Below are positions 37,601 through 51,900 of a DNA stretch of 64,000 nucleotides, one piece after another. The notes below the pieces were generated by a model. That model was given only the letters and a program-made list of their open reading frames with translations, made no database searches and was not told the DNA's origin. Origin of the DNA: Eledone cirrhosa (lineage: Eukaryota). The translations under genes were made by a program, and so were the position numbers. Every line of letters starts with the position of its first letter. Position 1 is the first letter of the stretch. The stretch spans positions 7,502,001 through 7,566,000 of the forward strand of contig OZ024741.1 in the NCBI GenBank assembly GCA_964016885.1, written 5' to 3'.

Positions 37601-39553
37601 TGGTCTAGTGGTTGTGTAGGTGGTCTAGTGGTTGTGTAGGTGGTCTAGTGGTTGTGTAGGTGGTCTAGTGGTTGTGTAGGTGGTCTAGTGGTTGTGTAGG
37701 TGGTCTAGTGCTTGTGTAGGTGGTCTAGTGGTTGTGTAGGTGGTCTAGTGGTTGTGTAGGTGGTCTAGTGGTTGTGTAGGTGGTCTAGTGGTTGTGTAGG
37801 TGGTCTAGTGGTTGTTTAGGTGGTCTAGTGGTTGTGTAGGTGGTCTAGTGGTTGTTTAGGTGGTCTAGTGGTTGTGTAGGTGGTCTAGTGGTTGTGTAGG
37901 TGGTCTAGTGTTTGTGTAGGTGGTCTAGTGGTTGTGTAGGTGGTCTAGTGGTTGTGTAGGTGGTCTAGTGCTTGTGTAGGTGGTCTAGTGGTTGTGTAGG
38001 TGGTCTAGTGGTTGTGTAGGTGGTCTAGTGGTTGTGTAGGTGGTCTAGTGGTTGTGTAGGTGGTCTAGTGGTTGTGTAGGTGGTCTAGTGGTTGTGTAGG
38101 TGGTCTAGTGGTTGTGTAGGTGGTCTAGTGCTTGTGTATGTGGTCTAGTGGTTGTGTAGGTGGCCTAGTGGTTGTGTAGGTGGTCTAGTGGTTGTGTAGG
38201 TGGTCTAGTGGTTGTGTAGGTGGTCTAGTGGTTGTTTAGGTGGTCTAGTGGTTGTTTAGGTGGTCTAGTGGTTGTGTAGGTGGTTTAGTGCTTGTGTAGG
38301 TGGTCTAGTGCTTGTGTAGGTGGTCTAGTGGTTGTGTAGGTGGTCTAGTGGTTGTGTAGGTGGTCTAGTGGTTGTGTAGGTGGTCTAGTGGTTGTGTAGG
38401 TGGTCTAGTGGTTGTTTAGGTGGTCTAGTGGTTGTGTAGGTGGTCTAGTGGTTGTTTAGGTGGTCTAGTGGTTGTGTAGGTGGTCTAGTGGTTGTGTAGG
38501 TGGTCTAGTGCTTGTGTAGGTGGTCTAGGGGTTGTGTAGGTGGTCTAGTGGTTGTGTAGGTGGTCTAGTGCTTGTGTAGGTGGTCTAGTGGTTGTGTAGG
38601 TGGTCTAGTGGTTGTGTAGGTGGTCTAGTGGTTGTGTAGGTGGTCTAGTGGTTGTTTAGGTGGTCTAGTGGTTGTGTAGGTGGTCTAGTGGTTGTGTAGG
38701 TGGTCTAGTGGTTGTGTAGGCGGTCTAGTGCTTGTGTAGGTGGTCTAGTGGTTGTGTAGGCGGTCTAGTGGTTGTGTAGGTGGTCTAGTGCTTGTGTAGG
38801 TGGTCTAGTGGTTGTGTAGGTGGTCTAGTGGTTGTGTAGGTGGTCTAGTGGTGTGTAGGTGGTCTAGTGGTTGTGTAGGTGGTCTAGTGGTTGTTTAGGT
38901 GGTCTAGTGCTTGTGTAGGTGGTCTAGTGGTTGTGTAGGTGGTCTAGTGGTTGTGTAGGTGGTCTAGTGGTTGTGTAGGTGGTCTAGTGGTTGTGTAGGT
39001 GGTCTAGTGGTTGTGTAGGTGGTCTAGTGGTTGTGTAGGTGGTCTAGTGGTTGTGTAGGTGGTCTAGTGCTTGTGTAGGTGGTCTAGTGGTTGTGTAGGT
39101 GGTCTAGTGGTTGTGTAGGTGGTCTAGTGGTTGTGTAGGTGGTCTAGTGGTTGTGTAGGTGGTCTAGTGGTTGTTTAGGTGGTCTAGTGGTTGTGTAGGT
39201 GGTCTAGTGGTTGTTTAGGTGGTCTAGTGATTGTGTAGGTGGTCTAGTGGTTGTGTAGGTGGTCTAGTGTTTGTGTAGGTGGTCTAGTGGTTGTGTAGGT
39301 GGTCTAGTGGTTGTGTAGGTGGTCTAGTGCTTGTGTAGGTGGTCTAGTGGTTGTGTAGGTGGTCTAGTGGTTGTGTAGGTGGTCTAGTGCTTGTGTAGGT
39401 GGTCTAGTGGTTGTGTAGGTGGTCTAGTGGTTGTGTAGGTGGTCTAGTGGTTGTGTAGGTGGTCTAGTGGTTGTGTAGGTGGTCTAGTGCTTGTGTAGGT
39501 GGTCTAGTGGTTGTGTAGGTGGTCTAGTGGTTGTGTAGGTGGTCTAGTGGTTG
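34672..39553 (+). repeat. 20-bp satellite (about 244 units), GGTGGTCTAGTGGTTGTGTA
   Basis: Continuous 20-bp periodicity with three 19-bp units. Confidence 0.98.
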
Positions 39554-39965
39554 CGGTATTCGGCTCACCAATGAAAGGTCGTCAGATCGATATCCGGCAG
39601 TCGTCAGATCGTTTCAACAGTCGACTCTTCTAAACATGAATTGTACTAGTAATTCAAACGGGCGGCTTTGTATGCTGAATCTCCATGATAACTATGTTAA
39701 GGGTTCACGTGTCTGTGGAATGCTCGGTCATGTTCACGAGCAGGCTGTTTCACATTGCTCCAGTCCACACTGGAAAATGAGTTGTGTATGTAATTTAAAG
39801 GGACAGTCTTGTAACGGCCTTTGTCATGCTGAATCTCCTTGAGAACTATGTTAAGTGTACACATGTCTGTGGAATGCTCAACTGCTAACACGTTAATTTC
39901 ATGAATACGCTGTTCCGTTGTCTGAGCAACTGGAACATTCATCGTCGAACCTGACGGAGGTCCAA
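39538..39965 (+). mobile_element. Two tandem decayed family 1 SINE copies between the satellites
   Basis: Head GGTGGTCTAGTGGTTGCGGTATTCGGCTCAC..AGATCGATATCCGG, then two bodies each with GCTGAATCTCC.TGA.AACTATGTTAAG..GTCTGTGGAATGCTC. Confidence 0.75.
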
Positions 39966-39987
39966 CACACGTAACGTGTTGTAAAGT

Positions 39988-42900
39988 TACGTAGCTTAGT
40001 GGTTAGGGAGTTAGACCCACGATTGTAAGGTCGTGGCTCTGATTCATGTGACGTGTTGTATCCTTGAGCAAGACACTTTATTTCACGTTGGTCCAGTCCA
40101 CTGTGTCCTTGAGAAGGATACTTTATTTCACGTTGGTCCAGTCCACTGTGTCCTTAAGCAAGACACTATATTTCACGTTGCTCCAGTCCACTGTGTCCTT
40201 GAGAAGGATACTTTATTTCACGATGGTCCAGTCCACTGTGTCCTTAAGCAGGACACTATATTTCACGTTGGTCCAGTCCACTGTGTCCTTAAGCAAGACA
40301 CTATATTTCACGTTGGTCCAGTCCACTGTGTCCTTGAGCAAGACACTTTATTTCACGTTGGTCCAGTCCATTGTGTCCTTAATCAGGATACTTTATTTCA
40401 CGTTGCTCCAGTCCACTGTGTCCTTAAGCAAGACACTTTATTTCACGTTGGTCCAGTCCACTGTGTCCTTAAGCAGGATACTTTATTTCACGTTGCTCCA
40501 GTCCACTGTGTCCTTAAGCAAGACACTTTATTTCACGTTGGTCCAGTCCACTGTGTCCTTAAGCAAGACACTTTATTTCACGTTGGTCCAGTCCACTGTG
40601 TCCTTAAGCAAGACACTTTATTTCACGTTGGTCCAGTCCACTGTGTCCTTAAGCAAGATACTTTATTTCACGTTGGTCCAGTCCACTGTGTCCTTAAGCA
40701 AGACACTTTATTTCACGTTGGTCCAGTCCACTGTGTCCTTAAGCAAGACACTTTATTTCACGTTGGTCCAGTCCACTGTGTCCTTAAGCAAGATACTTTA
40801 TTTCACGTTGCTCCAGTCCACTGTGTCCTTAAGCAGGATACTTTATTTCACGTTGGTCCAGTCCACTGTGTCCTTAAGCAGGACTTTATTTCACGTTGGT
40901 CCAGTCCACTGTGTCCTTAAGCAGGATACTTTATTTCACGTTGCTCCAGTCCACCGTGTCCTTAAGCAAGACACTTTATTTCACGTTGGTCCAGTCCACT
41001 GTGTCCTTAAGCAAGACACTTTATTTCACGTTGGACCAGTCCACTGTGTCCTTAAGAAGGATACTTTATTTCACGTTGCTCCAGTCCACTGTGTCCTTAA
41101 GCAAGACACTTTATTTCACGTTGGACCAGTCCACTGTGTCCTTAAGCAGGATACTTTATTTCACGTTGGTCCAGTCCACTGTGTCCTTAAGCAGGATACT
41201 TTATTTCACGTTGGTCCAGTCCACTGTGTCCTTAAGCAGGATACTTTATTTCACGTTGCTCCAGTCCACTGTGTCCTTAAGCAAGACACTTTATTTCACG
41301 TTGGTCCAGTCCACTGTGTCCTTAAGCAAGACACTTCATTTCACGATGGTCCAATCCACTGTGTCCTTAAGCAAGACACTTTATTTCACGTTGGACCAGT
41401 CCACTGTGTCCTTAAGCAGGATACTTTACTTCACGTTGCTCCAGTCCACTGTGTCCTTAAGCAAGACACTTTATTTCACGTTGGTCCAGTCCACTGTGTC
41501 CTTAAGCAAGACTCTTTATTTCACGATGGTCCAGTCCACTGTGTCCTTAAGCAAGACACTTTATTTCACGTTGGACCAGTCCACTGTGTCCTTAAGCAGG
41601 ATACTTTACTTCACGTTGCTCCAGTCCACTGTGTCCTTAAGCAGGATATTTTATTTCACGTTGGACCAGTCCACTGTGTCCTTAAGCAGGATACTTTATT
41701 TCATGTTGGACCAGTCCACTGTGTCCTTAAGCAGCATACTTTACTTCACGTTGCTCCAGTCCACTGTGTCCTTAAGCAGGATACTTTATTTCACGTTGCT
41801 CTAGTCCACTGTGTACTTAAGCAGGACACTTTATTTCACGTTGGACCAGTCCACTGTGTCCTTAAGCAGGATACTTTACTTCACGTTGCTCCAGTCCACT
41901 GTGTACTTAAGCAAGACACTTTATTTCACGATGGTCCAGTCCACTGTGTCCTTAAGCAGGATACTTTATTTCACGTTGGTCCAGTCCACTGTGTCCTTAA
42001 GCAAGACACTTTATTTCACGATGGTACAGTCCACTGTGTCCTTAAGCAAGACACTTTATTTCACGTTGCTCCAGTCCACTGTGTCCTTAAGCAAGACACT
42101 TTATTTCACGTTGGTCCAGTCCACTGTGTCCTTAAGCAAGACTCTTTATTTCACGATGGTCCAGTCCACTGTGTCCTTAAGCAAGACACTTTATTTCACG
42201 TTGGACCAGTCCACTGTGTCCTTAAGCAGGATACTTTACTTCACGTTGCTCCAGTCCACTGTGTCCTTAAGCAGGATACTTTATTTCACGTTGGACCAGT
42301 CCACTGTGTCCTTAAGCAGGATACTTTATTTCACGTTGGACCAGTCCACTGTGTCCTTAAGCAGGATACTTTACTTCACGTTGCTCCAGTCCACTGTGTC
42401 CTTAAGCAGGATACTTTATTTCACGTTGGACCAGTCCACTGTGTCCTTAAGCAGGATACTTTATTTCACGATGGTCCAGTCCACTGTGTCCTTAAGCAAG
42501 ACAATTTATTTCACGTTGGACCAGTCCACTGTGTCCTTAAGCAGGATACTTTATTTCACGTTGCTCCAGTCCACTGTGTCCTTAAGCAAGACACTTTATT
42601 TCACGTTGGACCAGTCCACTGTGTCCTTAAGCAGGATACTTTACTTCACGTTGCTCCAGTCCACTGTGTCCTTAAGCAAACACTTTATTTCACGTTGGTC
42701 CAGTCCACTGTGTCCTTAAGCAGGATACTTTATTTCACGTTGCTCCAGTCCACTGTGTCCTTAAGCAAGACACTTTATTTCACGTTGGACCAGTCCACTG
42801 TGTCCTTAAGCAGGATACTTTATTTCACGTTGGTCCAGTCCACTGTGTCCTTAAGCAGGACTTTATTTCACGTTGGTCCAGTCCACTGTGTCCTTAAGCA

Positions 42901-45900
42901 AGACACTTTATTTCACGTTGGACCAGTCCACTGTGTCCTTAAGCAGGATACTTTATTTCACGTTGGTCCAGTCCACTGTGTCCTTAAGCAGGATACTTTA
43001 TTTCACGTTGGTCCAGTCCACTGTGTCCTTAAGCAGGACTTTATTTCACGTTGGTCCAGTCCACTGTGTCCTTAAGCAGGATACTTTATTTCACGTTGCT
43101 CCAGTCCACTGTGTCCTTAAGCAAGACACTTTATTTCACGTTGGTCCAGTCCACTGTGTCCTTAAGCAAGACACTTTATTTCACGTTGGACCAGTCCACT
43201 GTGTCCTTAAGAAGGATACTTTATTTCACGTTGCTCCAGTCCACTGTGTCCTTAAGCAAGACACTTTATTTCACGTTGGACCAGTCCACTGTGTCCTTAA
43301 GCAGGATACTTTATTTCACGTTGGTCCAGTCCACTGTGTCCTTAAGCAGGATACTTTATTTCACGTTGGTCCAGTCCACTGTGTCCTTAAGCAGGATACT
43401 TTATTTCACGTTGCTCCAGTCCACTGTGTCCTTAAGCAAGACACTTTATTTCACGTTGGTCCAGTCCACTGTGTCCTTAAGCAAGACACTTCATTTCACG
43501 AAGGTCCAATCCACTGTGTCCTTAAGCAAGACACTTTATTTCACGTTGCTCCAGTCCACTGTGTCCTTAAGCAAGACACTTTATTTCACGTTGGTCCAGT
43601 CCACTGTGTCCTTAAGCAAGACTCTATTTCACGATGGTCCAGTCCACTGTGTCCTTAAGCAAGACACTTTATTTCACGTTGGACCAGTCCACTGTGTCCT
43701 TAAGCAGGATACTTTACTTCACGTTGCTCCAGTCCACTGTGTCCTTAAGCAGGATACTTTATTTCACGTTGGTCCAGTCCACTGTGTCCTTAAGCAGGAT
43801 ACTTTATTTCACGTTGGTCCAGTCCACTGTGTCCTTAAGCAGGACTTTATTTCACGTTGGTCCAGTCCACTGTGTCCTTAAGCAGGATACTTTATTTCAC
43901 GTTGCTCCAGTCCACTGTGTCCTTAAGCAAGACACTTTATTTCATGTTGGTCCAGTCCACTGTGTCCTTAAGCAAGACACTTTATTTCACGTTGGACCAG
44001 TCCACTGTGTCCTTAAGAAGGATACTTTATTTCACGTTGCTCCAGTCCACTGTGTCCTTAAGCAAGACACTTTATTTCACGTTGGACCAGTCCACTGTGT
44101 CCTTAAGCAGGATACTTTATTTCACGTTGGTCCAGTCCACTGTGTCCTTAAGCAGGATACTTTATTTCACGTTGGTCCAGTCCACTGTGTCCTTAAGCAG
44201 GATACTTTATTTCACGTTGCTCCAGTCCACTGTGTCCTTAAGCAAGACACTTTATTTCACGTTGGTCCAGTCCACTGTGTCCTTAAGCAAGACACTTCAT
44301 TTCACGAAGGTCCAATCCACTGTGTCCTTAAGCAAGACACTTTATTTCACGTTGCTCCAGTCCACTGTGTCCTTAAGCAAGACACTTTATTTCACGTTGG
44401 TCCAGTCCACTGTGTCCTTAAGCAAGACTCTATTTCACGATGGTCCAGTCCACTGTGTCCTTAAGCAAGACACTTTATTTCACGTTGGACCAGTCCACTG
44501 TGTCCTTAAGCAGGATACTTTACTTCACGTTGCTCCAGTCCACTGTGTCCTTAAGCAGGATACTTTATTTCACGTTGGACCAGTCCACTGTGTCCTTAAG
44601 CAGGATACTTTATTTCATGTTGGACCAGTCCACTGTGTCCTTAAGCAGGATACTTTACTTCACGTTGCTCCAGTCCACTGTGTCCTTAAGCAGGATACTT
44701 TATTTCACGTTGCTCCAGTCCACTGTGTACTTAAGCAAGACACTTTATTTCACGTTCGACCAGTCCACTGTGTCCTTAAGCAGGATACTTAACTTCACGT
44801 TGCTCCAGTCCACTGTGTACTTAAACAAGACACTTTATTTCACGATGGTCCAGTCCACTGTGTCCTTAAGCAGGATACTTTATTTCACGTTGGTCCAGTC
44901 CACTGTGTCCTTAAGCAAGACACTTTATTTCACGATGGTCCAGTCCACTGTGTCCTTAAGCAAGACACTTTATTTCACGTTGCTCCAGTCCACTGTGTCC
45001 TTAAGCAAGACACTTTATTTCACGTTGGTCCAGTCCACTGTGTCCTTAAGCAAGACACTTTATTTCACGATGGTCCAGTCCACTGTGTCCTTAAGCAAGA
45101 CACTTTATTTCACGTTGGACCAGTCCACTGTGTCCTTAAGCAGGATACTTTACTTCACGTTGCTCCAGTCCACTGTGTCCTTAAGCAGGATACTTTATTT
45201 CACGTTGGACCAGTCCACTGTGTCCTTAAGCAGGATACTTTATTTCACGTTGGACCAGTCCACTGTGTCCTTAAGCAGGATACTTTACTTCACGTTGCTC
45301 CAGTCCACTGTGTCCTTAAGCAGGATACTTTATTTCACGTTGGACCAGTCCACTGTGTCCTTAAGCAGGATACTTTATTTCACGATGGTCCAGTCCACTC
45401 TGTCCTTAAGCAAGACACTTTATTTCACGTTGGACCAGTCCACTGTGTCCTTAAGCAGGATACTTTATTTCACGTTGCTCCAGTCCACTGTGTCCTTAAG
45501 CAAGACACTCTATTTCACGTTGGACCAGTCCACTGTGTCCTTAAGCAGGATACTTTACTTCACGTTGCTCCAGTCCACTGTGTCCTTAAGCAAACACTTT
45601 ATTTCACGTTGGTCCAGTCCACTGTGTCCTTAAGCAGGATACTTTATTTCACGTTGCTCCAGTCCACTGTGTCCTTAAGCAAGACACTTTATTTCACGTT
45701 GGACCAGTCCACTGTGTCCTTAAGCAGGATACTTTATTTCACGTTGCTCCAGTCCACTGTGTCCTTAAGCAAGACACTTTATTTCACGTTGCTCCAGTCC
45801 ACTGTGTCCTTAAGCAAGACACTTTATTTCACGTTGGACCAGTCCACTGTGTCCTTACGCGGGGTACTTTATTTCACGTTGGACCAGACCACTGTGTCCT

Positions 45901-48900
45901 TAAGCAAGACACTTTATTTCACGTTGGTCCAGTCCACTGTGTCCTTAAGCAAGACACTTTATTTCACGTTGCTCCAGTCCACTGTGTCCTTAAGCAAGAC
46001 ACTTTATTTCACGTTGGACCAGTCCACTGTGTCCTTAAGCAGGATACTTTATTTCACGTTGCTCCAGTCCACTGTGTCCTTAAGCAAGACACTTTATTTC
46101 ACGTTGGTCCAGTCCACTGTGTCCTTAAGCAAGACACTTTATTTCACGTTGGTCCAGTCCACTGTGTCCTTAAGCAAGATACTTTATTTCACGTTGCTCC
46201 ACTCCACTGTGTCCTTAAGCAAGATACTTTATTTCACGTTGGTCCAGTCCACTGTGTCCTTAAGCAAGACACTTTATTTCACGTTGCTCCAGTCGACTGT
46301 GTCCTTAAGCAAGACATTTTATTTCACGTTGGTCCAGTCCACTGTGTCCTTAAGCAAGATACTTTATTTCACGTTGCTCCAGTTCACTGTGTCCTTAAGC
46401 AAGACACTTTATTTCACGTTGCTCCAGTCCACTGTGTCCTTAAGCAAGACACTTTATTTCACGTTGGTCCAGTCCAATGTGCCCTTGAGCAAGACACGTT
46501 GGTCCAGTTGGTCCAGTTGGTCCACGTTGGACACGTTGGTCCAGTCCACTGTGTCCTTAAGCAAGACACTTTATTTCACGTTGGACCAGTCCACTGTGTC
46601 CTTACGCAGGATACTTTATTTCACGTTGGACCAGACCACTGTGTCCTTAAGCAAGACACTTTATTTCACGTTGGTCCAGTCCACTGTGTCCTTAAGCAAG
46701 ACACTTTATTTCACGTTGCTCCAGTCCACTGTGTCCCTAAGCAAGACACTTTATTTCACGTTGGACCAGTCCACTGTGTCCTTAAGCAGGATACTTTATT
46801 TCACGTTGCTCCAGTCCACTGTGTCCTTAAGCAAGACACTTTATTTCACGTTGGTCCAGTCCACTGTGTCCTTAAGCAAGATACTTTAATTCACGTTGCT
46901 CCACTCCACTGTGTCCTTAAGCAAGATACTTTATTTCACGTTGGTCCAGTCCACTGTGTCCTTAAGCAAGACACTTTATTTCACGTTGGTCCAGTCCACT
47001 GTGTCCTTGAGCAAGACACTTTATTTCACGTTGCTCCAGTCCACTGTGTCCTTAAGCAAGACACTTTATTTCACGTTGTTCCAGTCCACTGTGTCCTTAA
47101 GCAAGACACTTTATTTCACGTTGGTCCAGTCCAATGTGCCCTTGAGCAAGACACTTTATTTCACGTTGGTCCAGTCCACTGTGTCCTTGAGCAAGATACT
47201 TTATTTCACGTTGCTCCAGTCCACTGTGTCCTTAAGCAGATACTTTATTTCACGTTGCACCAGTTCACTGTGTCCTTAAGCAAGACACTTTATTTCACGT
47301 TGCTCCAGTCCACTGTGTCCTTAAGCAAGACACTTTATTTCACGTTGGTCCAGTCCACTGTGTCCTTGAGCAAGACACTTTATTTCACGTTGCTCCAGTC
47401 CACTGTGTCCTTAAGCAAGACACTTTATTTCACGTTGGACCAGTCCACTATGTCCTTAAGCAGGATACTTTATTTCACGTTGGTCCAGTCCACTGTGTCC
47501 TTAAGCAGGATACTTTATTTCACGTTGCTCCAGTCCACTGTGTCCTTAAGCAGGATACTTTATTTCACGTTGCTCCAGTCCACTGTGTCCTTAAGCTGGA
47601 CACTTTATTTCACGTTGGTCCAGTCCACTGTGTCCTTAAGCAAGACACTATATTTCATGTTGGTCCAGTCCACTGTGTCCTTGAGCAGGATACTTTATTT
47701 CACGTTGCTCCAGTCCACTGTGTCCTTAAGCAAGACACTTTATTTCACGTTGGACCAGTCCACTGTGTCCTTAAGCAGGATACTTTACTTCACGTTGCTC
47801 CAGTCCACTGTGTACTTAAGCAAGACACTTTATTTCACGATGGTCCAGTCCACTGTGTCCTTAAGCAGGATACTTTATTTCACGTTGGTCCAGTCCACTG
47901 TGTCCTTAAGCAAGACACTTTATTTCACGATGGTCCAGTCCACTGTGTCCTTAAGCAAGACACTTTATTTCACGTTGGTCCAGTCCACTGTGTCCTTAAG
48001 CAAGACACTTTATTTCACGTTGGACCAGTCCACTGTGTCCTTAAGCAGCATACTTTACTTCACGTTGCTCCAGTCCACTGTGTCCTTAAGCAGGATACTT
48101 TATTTCACGTTGGACCAGTCCACTGTGTCCTTAAGCAGGATACTTTATGTCACGTTGGACCAGTCCACTGTGTCCTTAAGCAGGATACTTTACTTCACGT
48201 TGCTCCAGTCCACTGTGTCCTTAAGCAGGATACTTTATTTCACGTTGGTCCAGTCCACTGTGTACTTAAGCAAGACTCTTTATTTCACGATGGTCCAGTC
48301 CACTGTGTTCTTAAGCAAGACACTTTATTTCACGTTGGACCAGTCCACTGTGTACTTAAGCAAGACACTTTATTTAACGATGGTCCAGTCCACTGTGTCC
48401 TTAAGCAGGATACTTTATTTCACGTTGGTCCAGTCCACTGTGTCCTTAAGCAAGACACTTTATTTCACGATGGTCCAGTCCACTGTGTCATTAAGCAAGA
48501 CACTTTATTTCACGTTGGTCCAGTCCACTGTGTCCTTAAGCAAGATACTTTATTTCACGTTGGACGAGTCCACTGTGTCCTTACGCAGGATACTTTATTT
48601 CACGTTGCTCCAGTCCACTGTGTCCTTAAGCAAGACACATTATTTCACGTTCGACCAGTCCACTGTGTCCTTCAGCAGGATACTTTATTTCACGTTGCTC
48701 CAGTCCACTGTGTCCTTAAGCAGGATACTTTATTTCACGTTGGTCCAGTCCACTGTGTCCTTAAGCAAGACACTTTATTTCACGTTGGTCCAGTCCAATG
48801 TGCCCTTGAGCAAGACACGTTGGTCCAGCTGGTCCAGTTGGTCCACGTTGGACACGTTGGTCCAGTCCACTGTGTCCTTAAGCAAGACACTTTATTTCAC

Positions 48901-51900
48901 GTTGGACCAGTCCACTGTGTCCTTACGCAGGATACTTTATTTCACGTTGGACCAGACCACTGTGTCCTTAAGCAAGACACTTTATTTCACGTTGGTCCAG
49001 TCCACTGTGTCCTTAAGCAAGACACTTTATTTCACGTTGCTCCAGTCCACTGTGTCCTTAAGCAAGACACTTTATTTCACGTTGGACCAGTCCACTGTGT
49101 CCTTAAGCAGGATACTTTATTTCACGTTGCTCCAGTCCACTGTGTCCTTAAGCAAGACACTTTATTTCACGTTGGTCCAGTCCACTGTGTCCTTAAGCAA
49201 GACACTTTATTTCACGTTGGTCCAGTCCACTGTGTCCTGAAGCAAGATACTTTATTTCACGTTGCTCCACTCCACTGTGTCCTTAAGCAAGATACTTTAT
49301 TTCACGTTGGTCCAGTCCACTGTGTCCTTAAGCAAGACACTTTATTTCACGTTGGTCCAGTCCACTGTGTCCTTAAGCAAGATACTTTATTTCACGTTGG
49401 TCCAGTCCACTGTGTCCTTGAGCAAGACACTTTATTTCACGTTGGTCCAGTCCACTGTGTCCTTAAGGAAGATACTTTATTTCACGTTGGTCCAGTCCAC
49501 TGTGTCCTTGAGCAAGATACTTTATTTCACGTTGGTCCAGTCCACTGTGTCCTTGAACAAGACACTTTATTTCACGTTGCTCCAGTCCACTGTGTCCTTA
49601 AGCAAGACACTTTATTTCACGTTGGTCCAGTCCACTGTGTCCTTGAGCAAGATAATTTATTTCACGTTGCTCCATTCCACTGTGTCCTTAAGCAAGACAC
49701 TTTATTTCACGTTGGTCCAGTCCACTGTGTCCTTAAGCAAGACACTTTATTTCACGTTGGTCCAGTCCACTGTGTCCTTAAGCAAGACACTTTATTTCAC
49801 GTTGGTCCAGTCCACTGTGTCCTTGAGCAAGACACTTTATTTCACGTTGCTCCAGTCCACTGTGTCCTTAATCAGGATACTTTATTTCACGTTGCTCCAG
49901 TCCACTGTGTCCTTAAGTAAGACACTTTATTACACGTTGCTCCAGTCCACTGTGTCCTTAATCAGGATACTTTATTACACGTTGCTCCAGTCCACTGTGT
50001 CCTTAAGTAAGACACTTTATTACACGTTGCTCCAGTCCACTGTGTCCTTAAGTAAGACACTTTATTACACGTTGCTCCAGTCCACTGTGTCCTTAAGCAA
50101 GACACTTTATTTCACGTTGGTCCAGTCCACTGTGTCCTTGAGCAAGAGACTTTATTTCATGTTGCTCCAGTCCACTGTGTCCTTAAGCAGGATGCTTTCT
50201 TTCACGTTGGTCCAGTCCACTGTGTCCTTGAGCAAGACACTTTATTTCACGTTGGTCCAGTCCACTGTGTCCTTGAGGAAGACACTTTATGTCACGTTGG
50301 ACCAGTCCACTGTGTCCTTAAGCAAGACACTTTATTTCACGTTGGTCCAGTCCATTGTGTCCTTAAGCAAGATACTTTTTTCACGTTGGTCCAGTCCACT
50401 GTGTCCTTGAGCAGGATACTTTATTTCACGTTGCTCCAGTCCACTGTGTCCTTAAGCAAGATACTTTATTTCACGTTGCTCCAGTCCACTGTGTCCTTAA
50501 GCAGGATACTTTATTTCACGTTGCTCCAGTCCACTGTGTCCTTAAGCAAGACACTTTATTTCACGTTGCTCCAGTCCACTGTGTGCTTGAGCAAGACACT
50601 TTATTTCACGTTGCTCCAGTCCACTGTGTCCTTAAGCAGGATACTTTATTTCACGTTGCTCCAGTCCACTGTGTCCTTAAGCAGGATACTTTATTTCACG
50701 TTGCTCCAGTCTACTGTGTCCTTAAGCAGGATACTTTATTTCACGTTGCTCCAGTCCACTGTGTCCTTAAGCAGGATACTTTATTTCACGTTGGTCCAGT
50801 CCACTGTGTCCTTAAGCAGGATACTTTATTTCACGTTGGTCCAGTTTACTGTGTCCTTAAGCAGGATACTTTATTTCACGTTGGTCCAGTCCACTGTGTC
50901 CTTAAGCAGGATACTTTATTTCACGTTGGTCCAGTCCACTGTGTCCTTAAGCAAGACACTTTATTTCACATTGCTCCAGTCCACTGTGTCCTTGAGCAAG
51001 ACACTTTATTTCACGTTGCTCCAGTCCACTGTGTCCTTAAGCAGGATACTTTATTTCACGTTGCTCCAGTCCACTGTGTCATTAAGCAGGATACTTTATT
51101 TCACGTTGCTCCAGTCTACTGTGTCCTTAAGCAGGATACTTTATTTCACGTTGCTCCAGTCCACTGTGTCCTTAAGCAGGATATTTTATTTCACGTTGGT
51201 CCAGTCCACTGTGTCCTTAAGCAGGATACTTTATTTCACGTTGGTCCAGTCCACTGTGTCCTTAAGCAAGATACTTTATTTCACGTTGGTCCAGTCCACT
51301 GTGTCCTTAAGCAGGATACTTTATTTCACGTTGGTCCAGTCCACTGTGTCCTTAAGCAGGATACTTTATTTCACGTTGCTCCAGTCCACTGTGTCCTTAA
51401 GCAAGACACTTTATTTCACATTGCTCCAGTCCACTGTGTCCTTGAGCAAGACACTTTATTTCACGTTGCTCCAGTCCACTGTGTCCTTAAGCAGGATACT
51501 TTATTTCACGTTGCTCCAGTCCACTGTGTCCTTAAGCAGGATACTTTATTTCACGTTGCTCCAGTCTACTGTGTCCTTAAGCAGGATACTTTATTTCACG
51601 TTGCTCCAGTCCACTGTGTCCTTAAGCAGGATATTTTATTTCACGTTGATCCAGTCCACTGTGTCCTTAAGCAAGATACTTTATTTCACGTTGGTCCAGT
51701 CCACTGTGTCCTTAAGCAGGATACTTTATTTCACGTTGGTCCAGTCCACTGTGTCCTTAAGCAAGATACTTTATTTCACGTTGGTCCAGTCCACTGTGTC
51801 CTTAAGCAGGATACTTTATTTCACGTTGGTCCAGTCCACTGTGTCCTTAAGCAAGACACTTTATTTCACGTTGGTCCAGTCTACTCACATGACAAAAATA

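Noticed and set aside
34672-39553. Telomeric repeat
   Set aside because: Unit is 20 bp, not TTAGGG, and is interstitial with a SINE junction.
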